Part shown: positions 40,043-49,455 of the stretch, piece by piece
Numbering within the stretch: position 1 is the stretch's first letter
Layout: every line of letters begins with the position of its first letter
From: an uncultured Granulosicoccaceae bacterium
Lineage (GTDB): Bacteria > Pseudomonadota > Gammaproteobacteria > Granulosicoccales > Granulosicoccaceae
Assembly: GCA_964352535.1 (NCBI GenBank)
Contig: CAYGSW010000002.1
Span: 1 to 56,696 of the forward strand
Reading direction: 5' to 3'
DNA length: 56,696 nt
Translations under genes and position numbers: made by a program
The notes under the pieces: generated by a model
Told to the model about the DNA's origin: nothing
The model's input: the letters and a program-made list of their open reading frames with translations, nothing else
Database searches by the model: none

Positions 40043-40594
40043 TCAGGCCACTGCAGTGGAGTCGTGTGTATTGATGTCGGCTTGATTGGCGCTATCACAC
40101 AGCATGTCGTTTTCCGGTTGGCGTGTCGCAAGGGACTCTAGAAACTCGATACAGGCCAGTGGCACGTTCAGTCTTGATCCTGTATTTGGGTGCTGCAGAT
40201 GTGGCCACACCGGTTCGTTAAATGCCGCAATGAGTTCATTTTCAACGTAGAGTTCCAGTCGTTGAAAATAATCAGCACGTTGTTGAACGAATAGTCGGGT
40301 GTTGTCACCGGTTTTTTTCAAACGACGTATTTCAAATTTTTCACAGGCTGACTGGGTGCTGTCGTGACGCTCGGAATCAATCGTTGCGCTTTGCGATTGC
40401 TTGGCGAACAGACCAGAGGCCAGCAGATTCAACAAGGCTTCCGCAGAGATGCTGACCCATTGTGTGGGCATTCTTTCGGAGTGTAGTTGTTTGTACTCTG
40501 AGAGTATCCAGGGACCCTCCACCGCCGCGCTCGTTACGGGCGGCTTCAGCCAGGTAAAACGCTGATTGGAAGGAGTTGAATGGAGCTTGGCCAT
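40043..40594 (-). CDS. Hypothetical protein (~183 aa)
   Basis: ATG at 40594 (MAKLHSTP...) about 100 bp downstream of the solute-binding protein gene, same strand. No family recognised. Confidence 0.5.
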   Translation of the reverse strand: MAKLHSTPSNQRFTWLKPPVTSAAVEGPWILSEYKQLHSERMPTQWVSISAEALLNLLASGLFAKQSQSATIDSERHDSTQSACEKFEIRRLKKTGDNTRLFVQQRADYFQRLELYVENELIAAFNEPVWPHLQHPNTGSRLNVPLACIEFLESLATRQPENDMLCDSANQADINTHDSTAVA

Positions 40595-40694
40595 ACTTGG
40601 TTTTCTGGTTGTTTTCGATACACACGAGTAATCAAGAAATATGCACGTTGGACGCAATACACCCCCGATGCACGTTACCCGGGGGTTACATTGG

Positions 40695-42137
40695 CTAGCG
40701 TCCTTGCAAAACCTGTTGCAGTGGGTCCGGGTAGGTGGCAACCAGTTGCTGCCATTGTTGAATTTGAGCACTGCGGCCAAGCCGGCGGGTGATATGCGAC
40801 CATTTCTGTGCACAGACATCCAGTGACTGTTTCGCCGTTCGTTCACCGGATACTGTTTCCAGTATCTGTTGTCGCAATACATCAAGATAGTTGCTTTGGC
40901 CGCTGATGTAGAGATCAGGAATGCTGTGCTCCAGGCTTTGTTTGTGGGCCGCAAGGAATGAGCTGCCATACACCGAAATAATCGACTCATCGTCATAATG
41001 GCAGGTCTGGAACGGATCGAAAAATCCGTCAGGTTCGCTGACGGCAAGGCTTGAGACATGTGGTGTGGCACAAAACAACGCCAGCAAGTAGGCGAGTTCT
41101 GGCTGAGAGGAGCTGGCGCTGACTGTATAGTCCCAGCCCCAGTTGAAATACCCCATCGTACTGGGTTCATTGTTGATGACAGGCCCGGGCAGCGCACTGT
41201 GAAGCAGGTTGTCACGCATGTTCTCGCGTGACATCAAGTATTTTTGCGTGCCACCCCAACCGATATTACAAAACACATTGCCCCGTGCAAAGTCTGCCCA
41301 GTTCTCAAAAAGCCCGTTAGTACGAGAGCCGGGTGAGAGCGATTCTGTTGCCGTTATCAATTCTTCCAGTGCTGCCACACCTGCTTCATTGTTGACATTC
41401 GCTCTCATGTTGTCGGTGAACGGCAGATAACCTTTGGCGTGAAATCGTGCCCACCATTCCCACACCAGATAGCCGGGGTTGCGGAACAGACTGCCACCAA
41501 ACTGGCCCTCATCAGGACGGTGAAAAAACGCCATCATGCTGTCCAGATCCTCCCAGTTCGTTGCAGGTGCAAGCGTCTTGCCGGTTTTCTTGAAATAGGC
41601 GTCTTGCTCCGCGGGGTCTTGCATCAGCGTTTTGTTGTAGAACATCAGGTAGGCATCGCCATCTGTCTGATAGCCGTACAGTTTTCCCAGATAATGATCA
41701 CCCTTGCGATAGAGGTAGCCATCAGAAAACCCCCTGGGCTCGTGTTTGTCTGCCCATTGATCAAGTTCCAGAATGGCGTTCGCCTGCACCAGATCTGTCA
41801 GGCCAAAGGTGGCTGGCAACGCAACATCGACAGAATCATCACCCGCATTGGCGCGCAAAATAAGCTCGATATTGATTTCGTCGACAGCAACTTCTTCAAT
41901 GATGCACTCGATACCGCTCAGACGCGTAAATTCTTGTGTCGCAGCGCTGATATTTGCCCCTGAGCCATTGGGTATGAGTACACGCAAGGCTCGACCGGGC
42001 GCTAATTCAGCTGCGCTGTTCGCAAATTTCTCATGCCACGGCGTGATTTGTGCAGCGTTCGTACTGGTAACAAACTGCTGAGGTAACAGTGCGCCAGCAA
42101 TGGCTGTCTTTACGAATCGTCTTCTGGAATTTTTCAT
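40695..42137 (-). CDS. Extracellular solute-binding protein (carbohydrate ABC-type family), Tat signal peptide
   Basis: SRRRFVK twin-arginine leader, MFYNKTL, PATNWEDL..M..FF, AYLLALF patterns. Confidence 0.85.
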   Translation of the reverse strand: MKNSRRRFVKTAIAGALLPQQFVTSTNAAQITPWHEKFANSAAELAPGRALRVLIPNGSGANISAATQEFTRLSGIECIIEEVAVDEINIELILRANAGDDSVDVALPATFGLTDLVQANAILELDQWADKHEPRGFSDGYLYRKGDHYLGKLYGYQTDGDAYLMFYNKTLMQDPAEQDAYFKKTGKTLAPATNWEDLDSMMAFFHRPDEGQFGGSLFRNPGYLVWEWWARFHAKGYLPFTDNMRANVNNEAGVAALEELITATESLSPGSRTNGLFENWADFARGNVFCNIGWGGTQKYLMSRENMRDNLLHSALPGPVINNEPSTMGYFNWGWDYTVSASSSQPELAYLLALFCATPHVSSLAVSEPDGFFDPFQTCHYDDESIISVYGSSFLAAHKQSLEHSIPDLYISGQSNYLDVLRQQILETVSGERTAKQSLDVCAQKWSHITRRLGRSAQIQQWQQLVATYPDPLQQVLQGR

Positions 42138-42250
42138 GCTCGTACACCTTTGTTTGCTCACTGCACCATACTGCGTAAGTGACATGCGGCCAGTTCCGTG
42201 CCACATTCCCTCCAGACTAACCGATTCGATCACCACAGGCCGCTAAACTG

Positions 42251-44254
42251 ATGCAGGGGCAGATCATTAAGGGCAAGGCAACGCTGCTGCGAAGTTTCCT
42301 GCTGTCTATGGTGGGTATAGCTGGCTTGTTCAGTGTGCTTGCCATTGGCATATGGATATACACCACTGAGGTTATCAAGCGCGAGAAACAGCTGATCTCG
42401 GAGTTGCTCCCTGAGCTGGATGCAGCGCACCAGCTAACTGCTGTCACGGCCAGATTGCAATCACAGGGTCTGCTGCTCAGCTCGTCGAGGGATGCCAGAA
42501 CATTGTCGAAGCGCAGCAGCGCGCTGGAAGCTACGATTCTGCAGAGCCGTCAGACACTGAGCACGTTTACAACGATCGAGCTTGCCGAGCGAACCGAGCT
42601 TGAACGTGCAGTGGATGATATCGCACAGGTGGCAACCGGACTTGCTGACATGAAGCGCCAACAACTATTGTTTCAGCGAAACATCAAGGCCAAACAGCAG
42701 CTCATGTTGGATGTGCTCTCCGAGTTGGAAAAGAGTATCCAGCAGCGTGTATTTCGCTTGACCGAGCACTTACAGGATTTCAATGAACTGAACGTTTCCG
42801 AGGATGCGGCAGAGCGTGCTTCATCAGTTGATGATCCTTTGTTCATTGCGCAAGTTGACCAGTATGACTCTATCAATCTGGCCATACAGGACTATCTGTT
42901 GTTTGTTCAGGATGTGGTCTCACTCAGCGCCATTGTGGAACGTTTGCCGTTGCTGACAACGGCTGAGTCGATTGACGATGCCGTTCAGCGGCGCGACTTG
43001 CTCATTAGTGCTCTGGTCAGTCGCAGCATCTATATACGTGACGGGTTCAGCGCTACGGAGTTATTACCCGCAGTGCGCGCTTTGCGATCCCGAATGCGTG
43101 ATGAAGACAGTCTGTTCACCTTGCAGAGAGTGGTTGTCACGCAGGTTAGTGATCAAGGCGCTCTGGACAGCTTGCTGCGAGAGCACACGTCTCGAATACT
43201 GGTGCTCGCAGATGATTTGCGCAATGATTCACGCGATACGGTGAACATGCTGGCGGCGAGAACGCTCAGCGGGCTGGATGAATACCGGGGTTTTCTGTTG
43301 CTGATCAGCGCACTGACTCTACTTGTTCTTGTGGGTATCAGTTACTGGCTCTTGTATCGCAAGACGGTGGTGCCATTAGTGGCAATTACGCGACAGCTGG
43401 ATGCGGTGGGGACCTCTCAGTTTCCGACCGCGCCGCAATCGTATTTTCTGCATGAGCTTTCGACGTTGTCGTCGGCGATGGTGCAGCTGGATGCGGCTCA
43501 GAAAAGCATGAATGCCAAGGATGTTGAGCTAAAGGGCATCAACGAGGATCTCCAGCGCGCTAACCAAGAGCTGGAACAGTTCGCCCACATTGCATCGCAC
43601 GACCTGCAAGAGCCGTTGCGCAAGCTTCAGCAGTTCAGTGATTTACTTGAAGAAGACTATGAGTCTGTGCTGGACGACGACGGTCGATTCTTTCTCCATA
43701 CCATCCGCAACGCGGCTCAGCGCATGAGCGCGTTGATCAAAGAGACGCTGGCTTATTCACGCGCGGGTAGTTCCAATCAGAAAATTGAATGTGTGGACCT
43801 GGGAGTACTGCTTACACAGTTGCTTGATGAAATGGATCTTGCGGTAATCGATGCGGAGGCTGAGTTTGATGTTTCCGACTTGCCTGTGGTGCATGCCAAT
43901 AGTGTCGGCATGGCGCAATTGTTCCGCAATCTGATGATCAATGCGTTGAAGTACAAAAAACCTGATACTCCTGCCAGGGTAAAAATTTCAATGCCGGATT
44001 CAACAGAAAATGCCTTCCAACCTGTGGTTATTCGGATTGAGGATAACGGTATTGGTATCGATAACCAATACCTTGATCGTATATTTCAGCCGTTTGAGCG
44101 TTTGCAATCGGGGGATGTGCGCGGTACGGGGTTGGGCCTGGCGATTTGCAAGAAGGTGTGCGACTCTCACGGTTGGAAACTGCAGGTTAGCTCTGAGCCC
44201 GGAACTGGCACCACATTCGAAATACACATGTCAGTGGCCAGTCTGGCAAACTGA
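42251..44254 (+). CDS. Membrane sensor histidine kinase (helical TorS-like periplasmic region, HAMP, HisKA, HATPase)
   Basis: Two TMs around a ~300 aa helical region, HAMP PL..IT..L...EL..L, ASHDLQEPLRK H-box, NL..NALKY, DNGIGI, GTGLGLAI. Confidence 0.92.
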   Translation: MQGQIIKGKATLLRSFLLSMVGIAGLFSVLAIGIWIYTTEVIKREKQLISELLPELDAAHQLTAVTARLQSQGLLLSSSRDARTLSKRSSALEATILQSRQTLSTFTTIELAERTELERAVDDIAQVATGLADMKRQQLLFQRNIKAKQQLMLDVLSELEKSIQQRVFRLTEHLQDFNELNVSEDAAERASSVDDPLFIAQVDQYDSINLAIQDYLLFVQDVVSLSAIVERLPLLTTAESIDDAVQRRDLLISALVSRSIYIRDGFSATELLPAVRALRSRMRDEDSLFTLQRVVVTQVSDQGALDSLLREHTSRILVLADDLRNDSRDTVNMLAARTLSGLDEYRGFLLLISALTLLVLVGISYWLLYRKTVVPLVAITRQLDAVGTSQFPTAPQSYFLHELSTLSSAMVQLDAAQKSMNAKDVELKGINEDLQRANQELEQFAHIASHDLQEPLRKLQQFSDLLEEDYESVLDDDGRFFLHTIRNAAQRMSALIKETLAYSRAGSSNQKIECVDLGVLLTQLLDEMDLAVIDAEAEFDVSDLPVVHANSVGMAQLFRNLMINALKYKKPDTPARVKISMPDSTENAFQPVVIRIEDNGIGIDNQYLDRIFQPFERLQSGDVRGTGLGLAICKKVCDSHGWKLQVSSEPGTGTTFEIHMSVASLAN

Positions 44255-44273
44255 ACACCCGGCTTGTGGGTTG

Positions 44274-44291
44274 GTTCTGCCTGAGCAGAAC
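44274..44291. terminator. Short hairpin between convergent genes
   Basis: gttctgc-ctga-gcagaac, no clear U-tract. Confidence 0.3.
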
Positions 44292-45341
44292 TCAGAGTTG
44301 CCACCGGGTATGCTCTTCACACCATTGCCACAACGCTCTGCGTTGATCTGGTGTATCAGCAAGACGACTCTTGCTGCTCATGTCGATGTCACGCGCTTGC
44401 CTGTCATGCCAGAATTGTCCACTGCTACTCAGGGCCGTGGAGTCCGCGCTCAACCACACCATGGTGTCTGCACCGGCATCAGCTGTGCGAAGAAGGCCCA
44501 GAGGGCCGAGAATTCTTGAAAAACCGGGCAGCGCTTCGGTAATACCCGGCGTGTTGACCCAGCCTGGATGTAACGCATGAAATACCACATCCTCTGCTGA
44601 TACCCGATCGGCCCACATCTCGTTCAACACTACCTGCGCTCTTTTTGCCAGAGCATATTGTTTTGCTCCCTGGTAGTTTTCATCGCTCATTTGCAGCCCC
44701 TCGACGTTAAGTGCCTGGGTGTACATTCCGCCAGAGCTCATGGTCAGCACTCTGGCCGGACTGGGGGACAGGCCTGTCGTATTATTGTCCTGAGCTGTGG
44801 CTGCGGCCTTGAGATTGTCCAGTAATAACCCGGTCAGCAAGAATGGCGTGGCCACCATTAACTCGACAGAGAGGTCTGTGCCGTTAGCAGCGCGTTTGCG
44901 CTGGTTGAAAAGTGCGCCGGCGTTATGCACGAGAACGTCAATCACTGGCCAGCGCGATGCCAGTTCATCAGCGGCTTTGCGAACCTCATCCTGGTCGCCC
45001 AGATCGGCAATGACACTGAATATCCTGTCATTGCCGCTCTCTTTTTGCAGTGCTGAAATCAGGGTTTCAGTTTTGGGTCTGCTGCGCGCCACGATAACCA
45101 GCGTTGCGTCCATTTGCGCATAAAGTCTGGCTCCCGCTTCACCGATACCCGATGTTGCCCCGGTTATAACAACCACTTTTCCGTCAAGCGAATAGTCGGA
45201 TAGTGGCTTCCAGTGAAACAGACGGGAGCGGATACTGGAGCCCAGACTGCTGAAACTGGGTACCACGGACTTCTCCATGATTGTGTCGATGGCGGTTTTA
45301 CTCATACACGTTCCTGATAGGGCTGGACTCTGATCCGGCAA
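44292..45341 (-). CDS. SDR family oxidoreductase (DHRS12-like)
   Basis: TGATSGIG, HNAGA, SSGGMY, YALAK, HPGWVNTPG. ATG at 45305 is an alternative start. Confidence 0.9.
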   Translation of the reverse strand: MPDQSPALSGTCMSKTAIDTIMEKSVVPSFSSLGSSIRSRLFHWKPLSDYSLDGKVVVITGATSGIGEAGARLYAQMDATLVIVARSRPKTETLISALQKESGNDRIFSVIADLGDQDEVRKAADELASRWPVIDVLVHNAGALFNQRKRAANGTDLSVELMVATPFLLTGLLLDNLKAAATAQDNNTTGLSPSPARVLTMSSGGMYTQALNVEGLQMSDENYQGAKQYALAKRAQVVLNEMWADRVSAEDVVFHALHPGWVNTPGITEALPGFSRILGPLGLLRTADAGADTMVWLSADSTALSSSGQFWHDRQARDIDMSSKSRLADTPDQRRALWQWCEEHTRWQL

Positions 45342-45551
45342 GGTTGTGGGATGGTTGCATCACAAGGGTTTATTAAAGTGCTACGTAGTGCAGTGCCTGA
45401 GCGGATCGTGACGTATGATTGGGTACGAGGCTGGTTTTTGCTGCGCTCGCAAGTTTGTGTGAATCATGCCATGCGCAGATTCAGCGGCTGTAGATGCTGT
45501 TTAATGGCTGTTTCCTGGCGCGATTTTCTGATGGTAATGTGCGGTACTCCT

Positions 45552-46559
45552 ATGGCTAAAAATGCAACATTGACACTGGGCGAGATCCACTCTTTGGCCG
45601 CCAGCGTCCTGAAATCCCATGATTTCTCAGACAACCAGGCACGCTGTATCGCCGATACAGTGACAGCCGCTGAACGTGATGGTTGCAAATCGCACGGGCT
45701 TTTCAGAATCGGCTTTTATGTAGCTGCTCTGAAAAACCCGATTGCCAACGCACATGCCGAACCGGTCTTGACACAGAACGAGTCGTCAGTGGTGCGTGTT
45801 GATGCTTTGTACGGCTTTTGTCCGCTGGCTCTGCATGTCGGGCTACCCGCGCTGTGCGATAAAGCGCGCGCGCATGGCACGGCGGCGTTGGCGATCAACA
45901 ACACGTACAACATTGCCGCGTTGTGGCCAGAGGTCGAGATGCTGGCTGAGCAGGGGCTGGTGGCGTTTGCGTTCACCAGCTCCAATGCCTATGTTGCACC
46001 GGCCGGTGGTCAGAAGCCGGTTTTCGGAACCAATCCGATGGCTTTCGGATTTCCGCGAGACGGCAAGCCGCCTCTGGTCTTTGATCAGGCCTCCAGTGCT
46101 AGCGCCCGTGGCGAGATCCAGCTACATCTGCGTGAAGGAAAATCGCTGCCCGACGGGTGGGCGATTGACCGGAACGGTCTGCCAACCAATGACCCCAAGG
46201 AAGCCCTTGCTGGTGCGCAGTTGCCGTTTGGTGGCTACAAGGGTGCGGCACTCGCCATGATGGTGGAGCTGCTGGCTGGTGCGCTGATCGGTGATAATTT
46301 CAGTGTTGAATCCACGGCGCATGATGTTCATGGTGCTGGCGCACCGTTGGGAGGTGAGTTGCTGCTGGCGATAGACCCGGAGCATTTTGGTTCCGACAAC
46401 TATCTGGCGCGCGCGGAGTACCTTTTTGAGCAAGTGCTGGCACAACCCGGTACACGTCTGCCTTCGCAAAGGCGCTACGACACGCGGCGTCAGAGCCTCG
46501 AGCACGGCGTCGAGGTTGCTGGTGTGCTGCTTGACGAACTTGATAAACTGAGGGCTTAG
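45552..46559 (+). CDS. Ldh_2 family (malate/L-lactate/sulfolactate/DpkA-type) oxidoreductase
   Basis: SHGLFR, FGTNPMAFGFP, FDQASS..ARGEI, PFGGYKG, RLPSQRR. Confidence 0.9.
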   Translation: MAKNATLTLGEIHSLAASVLKSHDFSDNQARCIADTVTAAERDGCKSHGLFRIGFYVAALKNPIANAHAEPVLTQNESSVVRVDALYGFCPLALHVGLPALCDKARAHGTAALAINNTYNIAALWPEVEMLAEQGLVAFAFTSSNAYVAPAGGQKPVFGTNPMAFGFPRDGKPPLVFDQASSASARGEIQLHLREGKSLPDGWAIDRNGLPTNDPKEALAGAQLPFGGYKGAALAMMVELLAGALIGDNFSVESTAHDVHGAGAPLGGELLLAIDPEHFGSDNYLARAEYLFEQVLAQPGTRLPSQRRYDTRRQSLEHGVEVAGVLLDELDKLRA

Positions 46560-46612
46560 TGCTTAGTGCTTAGTGCTTAGTGCTTAGTGCTTAGTGCTTA
46601 GTGCTTAGTGCT
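46554..46612. repeat. Heptamer tandem repeat (GCTTAGT)x8 plus partial copy
   Basis: Directly visible perfect array containing the stop codons of both convergent genes. Confidence 0.97.
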
Positions 46613-47133
46613 AATATCCTGACACTCGGAGCTGGGCGGTGCATATCAACATGGGGTATCCCGTCCTCCACATACGGTTCACTGCAGTCGCTGAATCCTA
46701 ATCTTGCATAGAGCTCTCGCACCTCCACTTGTGCAGCTAATGCCTGAGCATGTTGCGGGTAGTGCGTCATGCAGTATTGAAGTGTCCGATGCATAAGCTC
46801 TGTGGCCATACCACCACCGCGGTGGGCCTTTGCCACCACGACTCGTCCAATGTGTACAGCGGGAGGGGAAGAATCAGTGGCACCGTCGGATAGAGTATGG
46901 GGCGCAAGCACGCGTGCGTAGGCCACAGGACATTGGGCGGCTGTGGCAAACAGATGAGTCGTATCGTCCAGCATGTCCTGACCATCGAGTTCAGGATAGG
47001 GGCACTGTTGTTCAACAACGAAAACATCCACCCGCAGGCGCATCAGCTGATAGAGCTCGCGTGTGTTGAGCTGATCGAATTGACGCTCGTGCCAGATTAG
47101 CGTCTCAGTGATGCTCATCATGTGCACCAACAC
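46591..47133 (-). CDS. elaA: GNAT N-acetyltransferase, ElaA-like
   Basis: LYQLMRLRVDVFVVEQQCPYPELDG, IGRVVV, Y.EDGIPHVDM. Start may be 47118 or 47121. Confidence 0.88.
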   Translation of the reverse strand: MLVHMMSITETLIWHERQFDQLNTRELYQLMRLRVDVFVVEQQCPYPELDGQDMLDDTTHLFATAAQCPVAYARVLAPHTLSDGATDSSPPAVHIGRVVVAKAHRGGGMATELMHRTLQYCMTHYPQHAQALAAQVEVRELYARLGFSDCSEPYVEDGIPHVDMHRPAPSVRILALSTKH

Positions 47134-47740
47134 TCAGTCGTTGCCTTCTGAGTCGCTCTCTGTGGTTCTGTAGCAGTAGTATCGGTGCGATCAGCGCGCC
47201 GCCGATTGCACCATATAGATGCGCATCGACGAGTACATGACCGCCTGCCACCGACTCGCTGCCGGGCAATGCACCAGCCAGCTGCTCCCAGACAAGCTTG
47301 CCGACGACCAGCAACAGCAACACGATGGCCGAGCGCGGGTAAGTGCGCAGATCTGCCAGCGTTCCGGCAATGAGCAGACCGTGCAGCGTGCCAGAAAAGC
47401 CCACATAACCTTCCACTTCGGGGTTGAAGAACCACAGGCCAACCCCCACACCCCAACTACACAGTAATATCAGGATCGCCCATTGCCATGCATTGAAATG
47501 CACCCACACAAGCATCACGACTAACGCCAGCCCAGCCAGGTTCATCCAAAGATGACTGGGTCCCAGATGCACGAAGTTTCCGCTCAGTAATAGCCACCAG
47601 TGGTCATTTGCGATCAGGCTACGCCGATATTCCAGGAGCTCGTCAAGGCCCGCGTATTGCAATGTAATGCACAGCAGTGCCAGTACCAGCGCCAGCTGGT
47701 AGGCCCTCGATCGCAACAGACTGACAGGTTCAGGAATCAT
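47105..47740 (-). CDS. Rhombosortase (rhomboid serine protease of the GlyGly-CTERM system)
   Basis: WWLLLSGNFVHL...HLWMN, YVGFSGTLHGL (catalytic Ser), K..WEQ, VDAHLYGA (catalytic His). Confidence 0.85.
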   Translation of the reverse strand: MIPEPVSLLRSRAYQLALVLALLCITLQYAGLDELLEYRRSLIANDHWWLLLSGNFVHLGPSHLWMNLAGLALVVMLVWVHFNAWQWAILILLCSWGVGVGLWFFNPEVEGYVGFSGTLHGLLIAGTLADLRTYPRSAIVLLLLVVGKLVWEQLAGALPGSESVAGGHVLVDAHLYGAIGGALIAPILLLQNHRERLRRQRLSVGAHDEHH

Positions 47741-47827
47741 TCGGCAAGCATCAGGTCATATTGGCGGTGCTATCCTTTCACAGATAACTATTATTCACCC
47801 ATCAAGATAACGGGAGAACGAGGCCTT

Positions 47828-48286
47828 ATGGACAAAAGACAAGTACGTACAAGCTTTTCAGGTGGCAACCGCTTACAGCGCGGCTTTACACTTATTGAGA
47901 TCATGGTCGTGGTCGCTATCATAGCGATACTCGGTGCTACCGTGGTGCCGTTGATCATGGACCGGCCTAACGAGGCACGGGTGGTGAGAGCCAAGAACGA
48001 TATTGGTACTTATACCGCGGCGCTGAACCTCTACAAGCTGGATAACTTTAATTACCCGTCAACTGATCAGGGGCTTGAGGCGTTAATCACCAAGCCCAGC
48101 GGCGATCCGGAGCCTGTCAACTGGAAAACTGGCGGTTATGTGCAGAAGCTCAACAAAGATCCGTGGGGGCGAGACTATCTGTATGTTAACGAAGATGGCC
48201 GTTTTGAGATCATTTCGCTGGGCAATGATGGCGTCGAAGGCGGTGAAGACTTCGATGCTGACATCAGTTCCCTCGACGCACAATAG
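47828..48286 (+). CDS. gspG: Type II secretion major pseudopilin G
   Basis: GFTLIEIMVV, YKLDN..YP.T.QGLEAL, DPWG..Y, S.G.DG..GG. Confidence 0.95.
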   Translation: MDKRQVRTSFSGGNRLQRGFTLIEIMVVVAIIAILGATVVPLIMDRPNEARVVRAKNDIGTYTAALNLYKLDNFNYPSTDQGLEALITKPSGDPEPVNWKTGGYVQKLNKDPWGRDYLYVNEDGRFEIISLGNDGVEGGEDFDADISSLDAQ

Positions 48287-48310
48287 GCAAATAGCGGTCA
48301 ATAGAGCCGG

Positions 48311-48970
48311 TTGATGCGTGATCCTGACAACAGTGTTATGCGAGCTTGCGGTTATCGCGCAGGTCCCCGGATGCGTGCGCATGCACCTGAGTGCCTGCCG
48401 TTGTCAGCCCGTAACCGTCAACGAGCGGAAGGTGGCTTTACGCTTATCGAATTGTTGGTTACCGTCACCATCATCTCGATTCTGGTAGGCGTTGTTGTCA
48501 TCAATATCGAATTCAGAAATGTGGGCAAGAGCATGCGTGATACAGCACTGCGCACGGGCCTGCTGCTGGAGCTTGCGTCTGATCAGGCTGTTTACTCACG
48601 TCAGCAGTTTGGTATCCGCTTTCATCCGGACTCCTATGAGTTTTATGTGCTTACCACTGATGAGGATGATGAAGACAAGCAAAGCTGGGAGATGTTTGAG
48701 GACGAACAACTGAGTTTTCGCACACCACAGGTGGCGCTTGAATTCGCTGTGGACATCTCGGGATTGCCGATCGTGCTCGAGGAGCTGGTCGACGAGCTTA
48801 AGGATGCAACCGACGAAGACCCGATCAAGCCGCACATCATTTTCCTGTCCAATGGCGAAATCATGCCGGACTTTCGCATCCAGATCAGCGATCTGGATGG
48901 AGAGTACCGCTACGAAGTGTCGACAGGTGAAGTGTTGCCGGTGGTTGTGGAGCAGCTGTCCGGATCATGA
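48311..48970 (+). CDS. gspH: Type II secretion minor pseudopilin H
   Basis: GFTLIELLV prepilin motif, P.I.FLSNGE..PDF, follows gspG. Start uncertain. Confidence 0.88.
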   Translation: MMRDPDNSVMRACGYRAGPRMRAHAPECLPLSARNRQRAEGGFTLIELLVTVTIISILVGVVVINIEFRNVGKSMRDTALRTGLLLELASDQAVYSRQQFGIRFHPDSYEFYVLTTDEDDEDKQSWEMFEDEQLSFRTPQVALEFAVDISGLPIVLEELVDELKDATDEDPIKPHIIFLSNGEIMPDFRIQISDLDGEYRYEVSTGEVLPVVVEQLSGS

Positions 48971-49455
48971 ATTGCTTCAGCAAGCGAGGCTTGCATTCAA
49001 GACACGGTGTCTGCCCCGGCACGTCGTACGCAGCGGGCGGTTGTCATGCCGCGCGCCAGCATGGGTTTACGCTGATCGAGGTGCTGGTGGCCATGACCAT
49101 CATAGCGGTCGGTGTCTCAGCGCTGGTTGCCTCTGCCGGTGCCAGTGCATGGCGAGCAGATTACCTGCGCGAGCGTGAATTTGGTCGCTGGGTTGCCAGC
49201 AACGCACTCACTGAGCTGCAAGTTCTGCCAGCATGGCCCAGTGTTGGAACCACTAACAAGGAAGTGCAGATGGGACAATTCCAATGGTTTGTGCGCACGC
49301 GCACACAAGCGGTGGCAGACCCGGATTTACGCCGCGTGGATGTCCAGGTAAGGCTGGACAAGGATGCAGAAAATTATGTGTACACTGTGACAGGCTTTGT
49401 GGGTAACCCGGCTACCCGTCCGGGTGGTTCTGATGACGCCGGACTATCCCAATGA
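48967..49455 (+). CDS. gspI: Type II secretion minor pseudopilin I
   Basis: GFTLIEVLVAM, WVASN.L, LRRVDVQV, ATGA overlap with gspH. Confidence 0.9.
   Translation: MNCFSKRGLHSRHGVCPGTSYAAGGCHAARQHGFTLIEVLVAMTIIAVGVSALVASAGASAWRADYLREREFGRWVASNALTELQVLPAWPSVGTTNKEVQMGQFQWFVRTRTQAVADPDLRRVDVQVRLDKDAENYVYTVTGFVGNPATRPGGSDDAGLSQ

Noticed and set aside
40595-41215. 390-aa version of ORF 40043..41215
   Set aside because: The N-terminal ~200 codons overlap the solute-binding protein gene in another frame and look non-protein-like. ATG 40594 is the plausible start, and the SBP has a normal-looking C-terminus, so no frameshift is needed.
46554-46612. Possible CRISPR array
   Set aside because: 7-bp perfect tandem units with no spacers and no cas genes
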